From Candidatus Uhrbacteria bacterium (lineage in GTDB: Bacteria > Patescibacteriota > Patescibacteriia > UBA9934 > GWF2-40-263), in assembly GCA_016206085.1 (NCBI GenBank), contig JACQSF010000009.1, positions 9,412 to 73,411 of the forward strand: 64,000 bases of DNA, in the 5' to 3' direction. The position numbers and the translations under genes were made by a program. The notes beneath the pieces were generated by a model. The model did not search any database. It saw only the letters and a program-made list of their open reading frames with translations, and was not told the origin of the DNA. The stretch's first letter is position 1. Every line of letters begins with the position of its first letter. Shown here piece by piece: positions 58,401-64,000 of the stretch.

Positions 58401-61400
58401 GATACCCCGTCAGAGCCCCACAACTCTCTTGTCCATCCAAGACGGAACAATCTTCATCGTCTGAACCATCCCCATCAATATCATCGGCGATATCGCATCC
58501 GCTATCGCCAATGGTTCCTCCATTACTCGTACAGGTCGTCGAAGTTCCTGCTGCGTCTCCAGCTTCATCATAGATCTCCGTTGTCACGGTAGAATCAAGA
58601 TAGATCTGTGTCGTTTCAATTCCTGCCATTCCACTTGAAGGAGCAAGGACATACAAAGAATGTCCTTCAGTCGCGACAGACTCATTGCTGATCGAAATTT
58701 CATCCGGATAATTCCCAATTTCTGCCATGACAAAATCTTCGTAGGTCCCTCCTTCAAATGTTTCCGAAAGGATCGTGGTCGCGTTGCGACCGGTCCCTCC
58801 TGTATATTCGCGGCAGCCGTTTTGTTCGGCCGGACAATCAACGCTCTCCTCAGGTAGGACATAATAACGACAGAATCCTTGGTCAGTCCACCATCCACCT
58901 GAATCCTCACAATCCGTTTCTTCACTTTCATCTTTTCGATAGGCAGAACACGCGTCTGAAATAGAAATCGTGTCTGAGTACTGACGGTAATGGATATTCC
59001 CTTTCGTATCGAAAAACTCCCGACAATCTGGATTGTTAAAAATATCATCATGCTCATCGCAGTCCTCGTTTGTCCAGACATCTGCCGTCAAATTTGCAGA
59101 GGTATCATCACACACGACCACATTTTCAGACGTCATCTGACGATGGGTACACGGGGCAAGATCAATCGCAAGTTCGGTGTATCCACTTGAGACAAACGTC
59201 TGACTCCCGGATGCGCTATTTGACTGCAACAGAGACCATGTTTGCAACTGGTAGCCTTCGTTGTCTGATCCTTCCCAGGTGAAATACGTCGCGGGTGTTT
59301 TGTTGGTGGCTGTGGCGTCCGCAATGTCAGGGCTCAAACAGAATCGAAGATCTGTATAGTATTCAATCCCCTCACCTCCCGCGTCAACGGCTCCGAGGTT
59401 TGTATACGAATCACATCCTACGTACTGCGATGCGCACACGCTTGCGCTGTCGGCGATAAAGTAGAGTGGGAATGACTCACGTTCAAAATCCGTGGCTTCT
59501 TGTTTGTACGTTGTGTACCCAACACACTCACTTGGACACGTATCAAGATCCGAGATAATCGCCGGCACATTCGGATCTCCGTCCTCTGGTGTGTACAGAC
59601 GACACCCTACTTCCTGTGCGGTACACACCTGGGCATACGAGTCACATTCCTCTGGATCTGTATCGTTTCCCGTGCATCCCAAGTAGCTTGGGGCAACCTG
59701 GTAGTACACTTGTGTCGGAGTACCGCTGTACCCCTCCGCAAAGATATTTGCATCTTCCCCAAGTTCGAGTTGCACCGCATCGATGTACACTTCATCAGAA
59801 GAGTAGAACGAAGAATTTCCGACTCCCACGCGAATCTGAACCGTTCCTTCCGGCGCAGTCACAAGACACTCAAATCGTTCAAAATCAGCCGTATCTGGTT
59901 CTTCAACCATCAGATACAAGTTAAACACACTGCTCCACTCACAATCTCCAGAAGACGATGTCCCGGAAGCATCAATGGAATTTCCGTCTTCATCTAAAAA
60001 GAGGAGGAGACCCACACCGCTATCACCCGATGTCTGTGCCTGAAAATAGGTACTGAAGGTATAAAAATTATTCTCAGAGGCACTGATATCCTGATAGAGA
60101 TAATTCAGGGTGCCTGCAGAATAGAGAAGTGAAGTCGACCCAAACTCTGAATTGCTTGTATCAAGCGTGTATCCTCCTGCTGTCAACGGAACCCATCCAT
60201 CAGGCGTTCCATCCGCGTCCTCATCCTCCTCAAACGAAGGATTCTGCACGCTGTTGAGATACACCGTCTCATCGAACTCATACAATTGGGTACAACCGAC
60301 ATCATTCTCACTACATTGTGTCGCGTCATTGGTGAGATAGAGACGATCCTCATAGGCATACTGTTCATACGTATACGTTTCACCAGAATCAGAAGTATAG
60401 ACGTACGATGTTCGTCCCACTGATCCACTCCCATCCCAGTAATTCCAATCCACGTCTCGCTCTTCTAGAAGATACTCATCTCCTGTGGCAAGCCATTCAT
60501 ACGTATCATCTTCTGTGTCCGTCGTCCCCGCATCCTCAAGATACTTATTTGTACGGTACCAACGACACCCAGCATTATCCTGATCACAGACACTGTAGTT
60601 CACCGTACTCACAAGAAAATCTCCATCGTCCCCTGTTTGGGTATTCGTAAACGAAAGACAGGTGGCGTACTGTGCCGGACACTCGTCGCCACGGAACCGC
60701 CAGACGTTCTTCTCCTGGGTGCAGTACCCATAGCCATCAACACAATTTCCCTTGTTATCCTCCCCAATACAACTTGGTGAATCAACACACGTCGTGTTGC
60801 GCCCGCTGGAAAGCGTTGAAATACGGATCTCGCCGTTGCCCACAGCGCGACATTCTGTTTTTGGATATTTCAAGACCCAGTTTGGATCAATGAGATGACA
60901 CCACTTGCTGTCAGAATCCGACGTGCTTGCCGACCCAATGGTTCCCTCTTGCGTACAATCATTGAACCCATCGATCACTTCTTGGAGCGTGGCGGGATTG
61001 GATTCACTGTTGCGACTTGCAGCCAACTCCCATCCAATCGGGAGCACGCGCGCTTTGCGCAGCTTCACAAGGTTTCCGTAGCAATACCCGTAGGTATAAC
61101 AAAACGGATCTTGGTTGGCGGCTTCGTTGTCAGGCGCAATGAGTGGCCAATCTCCATCAAGCAACCCCTCATCAATCGCCTCTTGCACCGTTAACGGGAC
61201 ACCGGCAGTTCCACGATTCACGGCTGCCAAAAAGTTCACGTCCATGACACAGTTATAGAGTCCTCGGTTGATCGTTCCTTGTGCTGTACACACAACAAAC
61301 TCGGAAAGCGCATCATACTCGGTCGTGGCGATTGGATTTGTTGTGATGATCGACGCAAATCGTTCCTGCGCCGCCTCCCTGTCCCCGGCTCCGACCGCTT

Positions 61401-62460
61401 CCAGGTCAAACGGATCGACGACCTCAGTATCAAACAATCCGGTATAAATTCGGTTAAGAAGCTGGGACAACAAGACGTTTGTAAAGGTCGACGCGGTCGA
61501 AAGGGCAAGACCCCCAATGAGATCTCCGGCGTTAGCAAGCTCGCCAACACGAATTTGAGAATCATCCCCTTTTGCTTTCTTGAGTGCCTCCTCAAAATCC
61601 GCTTGGAGCGTTTCAGAAGGTGTTTTAACCGTTCCCGTAATAAAGTCCTTTACGTTTTTATAGGTACTCTCGTTGCGCTCCAAAAACTGAAGCAATTTCT
61701 GTTCGTGAACTTTCTGGTCAATGGCGATATTAATACGTAACGTCGCTGTCAATTCGTTTTGACCCGGTTTAAGAGCACTGGCAAATGTTTTTAGAATTGC
61801 TTCCTGTCTTCCTTCTGGATCGAGATATTTCTGATAAATATCTGCTCCAAATTTCTCCCAATTACCCAGAACCTCCATGAAGTCACATTTGGGCTCGCTG
61901 GGTTGATACTTTTGTTTGATTCCCAATGAAAGAGCAAGTTGAAGGCTCTGGGAGGATGGTTGACACAGATCAAATTCAATTCCTAATTTGCTGGAAGAAA
62001 GTTGAGACATACTCCCAATCGCCTCTCCTGCGACTTCCAACCCCAACTGACCAAACGCTTCCGATGGAGTCTGATTGTAAAACAACGAGTCCTCACCAGG
62101 ACCACCCGAAGCAATCGCCACGGCTGCCTCGTAAGCAAGGCGGTTGAGCACAAACTGAGAAAGATTCAGCAGAGCCTGAATGAGCGCAATACGAAATGTC
62201 GGAGACAAAATCTTTTCTCCGACAATCTGCAAACTCTGTTTGATTCCTTTTTGTGGACACGGGACGGGGGAGGGACCACCAGACGTACATCCTCCTTCCG
62301 CGGCACCAGCTGCCAACTCCCCAGCCGCAATGGCCGCGGAATCCACGGCGTAGACCGGTTGCACAAAAGAAAAAATACCGACAACCAAAAATACTCCTAC
62401 ACACAAAGACAAAACTCCGGCCACGAACCATCGTTTGTGTTTGTGCCAGAACAGTCTCAT
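52495..62460 (-). CDS. Giant (3321 aa) Cys-rich acidic surface protein
   Basis: Uninterrupted 9966-nt ORF; N-terminal signal/TM; many Cys clusters (CxxDxDC), CBM-like segment (NPSFE...PDGW), DxDGDG Ca-binding motifs. Confidence 0.9.
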   Translation of the reverse strand: MRLFWHKHKRWFVAGVLSLCVGVFLVVGIFSFVQPVYAVDSAAIAAGELAAGAAEGGCTSGGPSPVPCPQKGIKQSLQIVGEKILSPTFRIALIQALLNLSQFVLNRLAYEAAVAIASGGPGEDSLFYNQTPSEAFGQLGLEVAGEAIGSMSQLSSSKLGIEFDLCQPSSQSLQLALSLGIKQKYQPSEPKCDFMEVLGNWEKFGADIYQKYLDPEGRQEAILKTFASALKPGQNELTATLRINIAIDQKVHEQKLLQFLERNESTYKNVKDFITGTVKTPSETLQADFEEALKKAKGDDSQIRVGELANAGDLIGGLALSTASTFTNVLLSQLLNRIYTGLFDTEVVDPFDLEAVGAGDREAAQERFASIITTNPIATTEYDALSEFVVCTAQGTINRGLYNCVMDVNFLAAVNRGTAGVPLTVQEAIDEGLLDGDWPLIAPDNEAANQDPFCYTYGYCYGNLVKLRKARVLPIGWELAASRNSESNPATLQEVIDGFNDCTQEGTIGSASTSDSDSKWCHLIDPNWVLKYPKTECRAVGNGEIRISTLSSGRNTTCVDSPSCIGEDNKGNCVDGYGYCTQEKNVWRFRGDECPAQYATCLSFTNTQTGDDGDFLVSTVNYSVCDQDNAGCRWYRTNKYLEDAGTTDTEDDTYEWLATGDEYLLEERDVDWNYWDGSGSVGRTSYVYTSDSGETYTYEQYAYEDRLYLTNDATQCSENDVGCTQLYEFDETVYLNSVQNPSFEEDEDADGTPDGWVPLTAGGYTLDTSNSEFGSTSLLYSAGTLNYLYQDISASENNFYTFSTYFQAQTSGDSGVGLLLFLDEDGNSIDASGTSSSGDCEWSSVFNLYLMVEEPDTADFERFECLVTAPEGTVQIRVGVGNSSFYSSDEVYIDAVQLELGEDANIFAEGYSGTPTQVYYQVAPSYLGCTGNDTDPEECDSYAQVCTAQEVGCRLYTPEDGDPNVPAIISDLDTCPSECVGYTTYKQEATDFERESFPLYFIADSASVCASQYVGCDSYTNLGAVDAGGEGIEYYTDLRFCLSPDIADATATNKTPATYFTWEGSDNEGYQLQTWSLLQSNSASGSQTFVSSGYTELAIDLAPCTHRQMTSENVVVCDDTSANLTADVWTNEDCDEHDDIFNNPDCREFFDTKGNIHYRQYSDTISISDACSAYRKDESEETDCEDSGGWWTDQGFCRYYVLPEESVDCPAEQNGCREYTGGTGRNATTILSETFEGGTYEDFVMAEIGNYPDEISISNESVATEGHSLYVLAPSSGMAGIETTQIYLDSTVTTEIYDEAGDAAGTSTTCTSNGGTIGDSGCDIADDIDGDGSDDEDCSVLDGQESCGALTGYLVAGKTFVLDFWAKGNGNLYVTFGEQGGAGDVHDFVDPNSGVSDLTPVALDGSWVLYSLGPVDTSAYADFDENAVVRFATDAEMEFYLDNVTLKQVEENITIIKNSWVVPSTCDQTPEGVDSDQYYLGCEAYTDHNGSAVDLYQFSDLCSEEVVGCEGFYHTANSDSPYTQVYNARCMYSSDTDFTDDDVVTRNTACKINEIEYCTIIVGESYCLFDADQAFPGDLPVEEVSSSEYYAVVYGSETVIVPGDTPVYIVADESDQCASSAMGCQELGKPTYTQDQREVESFESVYYINLPADYDSILCDQEALFCEEWASTQDGNFYFKDPLDKECEYKTSVTINNRSYFGWFRTGTNEPCYWEDKDGDGVYDQDEDEAYLIAGEEFGVWNNGDQDDGDTDYWDFYDGWVASCSSKYDLCTEFIDVVDTGGGLNEDGQSYYFTNDDLLSEDTLTDSQRCNGQVSQKFGCALFNNTTVSELTYHASASYVLSTHADVFYGTEMNDLVDPISCTTQDGGVFTISDADAAIAGTGTEVDLCARRCAYTVESGDQLTTTGSEQGAVDTVYYNGSCFVDSDCGLLTTYKGEDVSGTCTDVVDAYALEDDTNEVIKVNRDRSCAAWLSCESSRTSWNTQTNTYDTICDSINLCVEGQQQGDRAICSQWDQSDPSILSAYHYSVRDVSWTGYEYSGNAIPNQLPVELYDQYNIAAQSVCVNSSGVALTGSAYITQGDTTLPRACGSYADCPLDSSARCSTDSDCTSNSGHASGVCDRASGQCYFACENSNETDYRLVYNAGPCDSTESGDGNGGSCVIGHCEDSAVSCASDDDCSDGESCVVGYLQATGTVGCDEDCSCNPDENEGNGTNADCSGVTSSSGISTLICDPIGFVCVDELTTNVLYRDACVTDSSNRTCVPASTSTTGSCFNDRCLTDILDVNGDGFADRLEVDDAREQSCRAYPEIDSPFPTDVVQYWIQYTAENIEADGESPVSSDSNSKVNPPTSQAALPYSYVNGFQDSTTCAIDASGNPVDCICSYDKAEYGDGTGYRYFELGTGVADVPEGICSGGPVNGIPCQDDDDCSFTSTDGKTTQSGICSYVSRVDSVYGWNGYCIEKDSSIQTLGSSAPEDQACLTWLPVDQLTGATDLYAKYTSAGYQPQDTYYCAEVELGYTVGTSEIACAEVQDNNCNDGSDWQHFSNEADNSRDSQDDCVAAVWCPDGFFAVMTGCGSNDTNNECTASGDKDCPYFCVPKLSYKTQDDDRGVSGDTCLTPDAALGITVESSPFTANNDADAPTGAYYLNVNSVGDHWAGLAAPNIRVYVLPPTDFDTAVDYYDDCEARGVLSEGAEAFSYSEYTGGGVDFLLSTYDAGGALSGKGFRNLNNNFVPGAVCTSVVQVSAKSTQDEQVLPFDTYNAAWTNKLWDHESNTQPLSSSNPSFLGYQFGSLQSPYGIATDYLSLKLERDPEPWVLAMCLVEGYGQELPPVDLVCDSGDVVTSSSGEDARANRDVSLTVQTDVISSYCLNVDCDCNDSGEENEQWCNWNSSSGAAVYCGGGYCENDNSISCSFIDANEDGVDDTCEDEGVDGACAAGTCVGGSYDGLACEGDQTCWVNYCHGSYSTDGSRQLSGATCIANDDAPVYALSVGSKGDAIGLLSQIFGRIYGIVEFTDDGYGEVDTGVIPTNETIFTDREPLGDFERFDFDTDNFETSFSDWIWDTRASAQDNPEDKAPTIVSIGECEGTLCYEGVKNKFSVNEVDSADIEGEGSKHVTVAFYAYADSDQMPIRRVIVDWGDNMAGIGGNSNPWPFGSYSGSIARNNFYKNYRGLNSVSDSQECSNDPDEFGQSSNACSSSYIAFTHDYTCTTGRLAQLEGRECIFDEEDGRLIYSPCVSGDFCVFQPRVHVMDNWGWCTGYCTAGDDGTEGCYTGVIGSSTQDECNIEECPSENNSDSICEDSSGRIVNPWINYDGVVKILTE

Positions 62461-62462
62461 AC

Positions 62463-63155
62463 CTACGGTGATGTTGTTAGATATTCATCCAGGAGTCCAG
62501 ACTCGGAAGCTTCCCCAAGTGCCCCGTAAAAAAATGCTTTGAGTGTTTCATCATCGATCTGGTCAAGTTCTTCCTGGGTCATTCCAGACTCCAGAAGCGC
62601 GGCGCGGATCTGATCCATGGTTGCCTGTTGAAAAAAGTTCGCCACGTCTTCTTCTGATTCAAATGTCACGCTTCCCGCATCCAACAGATCGCCCTCCCCC
62701 ACCAGTCCTTCAATGAACGCATCGGCAGCGGACGTTTCAGCCACGGCCTCTGCCGATCCAGAAATACGTCCACAATTTTGTCCAGTAGGACAGTTCGGAT
62801 TGTTCCCTGAGTACACTTCTTCCTGATCGCTAAAACCATCGGAATCAGAGTCGACAATATAGGGCGATGTTTTGTACACGTAGAGTTCGTCGTAATCGAC
62901 AAGCCCATCTTGATCCGTATCATTTGTTTTGGACTCCTCCAGTTCCCGTGCCTCGCGCGCGTCGGAGGTTAAAAATTCTTCCCCGGTGTAGAACGCCGCA
63001 ATTTGTTCTTGAATTGGTCTCATCATGTTGATGCCAAACGACTGAGCGCCAAATGCCACACCGCCCAGACCCAAAAACATCAAAAGACCAAAAGCAACCT
63101 TTTGCTCAGTCGATAGAGGCGAGGCTGGCTTAAGTCTCAACCGTTGTGTAGCCAT
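62463..63155 (-). CDS. Membrane protein with thrombospondin type-3-like Ca-binding repeats
   Basis: DTDQDGLVDYDE...TSPY..DSDSDGFSD.EEV..G.NP. Confidence 0.8.
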   Translation of the reverse strand: MATQRLRLKPASPLSTEQKVAFGLLMFLGLGGVAFGAQSFGINMMRPIQEQIAAFYTGEEFLTSDAREARELEESKTNDTDQDGLVDYDELYVYKTSPYIVDSDSDGFSDQEEVYSGNNPNCPTGQNCGRISGSAEAVAETSAADAFIEGLVGEGDLLDAGSVTFESEEDVANFFQQATMDQIRAALLESGMTQEELDQIDDETLKAFFYGALGEASESGLLDEYLTTSP

Positions 63156-63182
63156 GAGACTATTATAGCAAAACACCTGAGG

Positions 63183-63986
63183 TTAACCCAGGTGTTTTTT
63201 ACTCTTTTCGTTGAGGATGTGGGTAAGTGCGATCCAGTTTTCCACAGAAAGCTCCTGGGCACGAGCCGAGGGAGAAAGCCCAAGACTCTTGAGAGCTTGT
63301 TTTATCTGTTCTGAATTATGTGCAAAGGACTTCAAATTCCCATGAAGTTGTTTGCGGCGTGAACAAAATCCACGCTTGACTAGAGCGATCACGTCTTCTG
63401 GATCGATTCCCCAAGACGATGAATCGAACACTTCAAATTGAACGACCGTTGAATCCACCTTTGGTATGGGTCGAAACGCTCCAGCGGGAACCTTGGCGAC
63501 GTGCTTGCATTTCGCATACAGCTGACACATGACGGACAAGAGACTCATGTCAGGGGGCACGGCCGTGATGCGGTCAGCGACTTCTTTCTGAACCATGAGG
63601 ATCATGCGAGAAGGTTTGGGATCAGTCGTCAAAAAACGTCTAAGAAGGTCGGAGGTGATGTTGTAAGGGATGTTGGCAATGAGCTTGTAGCGGTAGCCGC
63701 AGGCTTTAGCCTGCGCGGGAGTGAACCCCCAAGAGAGAACATCCCCTTCGATCAGTTCGATCGAATCGCCAAATCTTTCTCGCAGGGGGGCGATGAGCGA
63801 CGTGTCCGCTTCAACCGCGATGACGTGAGCACCCGCATCAACAAGCGCCTGCGTCAGAACACCTGTCCCAGGACCAACCTCAAGGACGGTTTCGCCAGGA
63901 GTAATCTGTGCAGCCTTGACAATCTTCTTCACGACCGTCTTGTCCATCAACCAATTCTGCCCAAATGATTTTTTCGCACGAGTCAT
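63183..63986 (-). CDS. rsmA: 16S rRNA dimethyladenosine transferase RsmA/KsgA
   Basis: AKKSFGQNWL, VLEVGPGTG, IANIPYNIT, MVQKEVA, PKVDS. Confidence 0.96.
   Translation of the reverse strand: MTRAKKSFGQNWLMDKTVVKKIVKAAQITPGETVLEVGPGTGVLTQALVDAGAHVIAVEADTSLIAPLRERFGDSIELIEGDVLSWGFTPAQAKACGYRYKLIANIPYNITSDLLRRFLTTDPKPSRMILMVQKEVADRITAVPPDMSLLSVMCQLYAKCKHVAKVPAGAFRPIPKVDSTVVQFEVFDSSSWGIDPEDVIALVKRGFCSRRKQLHGNLKSFAHNSEQIKQALKSLGLSPSARAQELSVENWIALTHILNEKSKKHLG
63693..63715 (+). repeat. GTAG-type REP-like hairpin inserted in frame in rsmA
   Basis: GTAG-C-CGCAGGCT-TT-AGCCTGCG; encodes AQAKACGY on the coding strand. Confidence 0.7.
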
Positions 63987-64000
63987 ACGTCGATCTCGAT

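Overview
Bacterial chromosomal segment using the standard genetic code, most likely from a Patescibacteria/CPR genome (ABY1/Uhrbacteria-like). That assignment is inferred from a VirB4/PrgI/VirB6-like locus next to comF, a pilin-NlpC/P60 fusion, LGAGC lipoproteins, a giant Cys-rich surface protein and tRNA-Arg(GCG). Housekeeping genes include dnaE, pheST, rseP, PMM/PGM, lemA, htpX, clpC-like, radA, recG, serS, rsmA and three tRNAs. Two accessory regions stand out. (1) A visibly GC-rich island of about 8.7 kb (11.5-20.2 kb) encodes a divergent TyrRS, a GCS2-type gamma-glutamyl ligase, a class-Ic aaRS/CDPS-like protein, an MLE-subgroup racemase/epimerase, a class I glutamine amidotransferase, a YchF paralogue and an opine dehydrogenase, with nested IS256/IS30 remnants. 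It looks like an uncharacterised tRNA-linked small-molecule biosynthetic cluster. (2) A cassette-like region at 47.6-52.4 kb contains a PaaX/Cas2-like gene exactly bracketed by two 36-bp palindromic repeats, plus duplicated 78-bp promoter elements and 41-bp hairpin repeats next to unrelated cargo genes. Several small palindromic elements also occur: a 130-bp MITE with a 4-bp TSD, twin long hairpins sharing a conserved core, and REP-like elements inserted in frame in recG and rsmA. Protein calls rest on motifs read by eye; no database searches were run.
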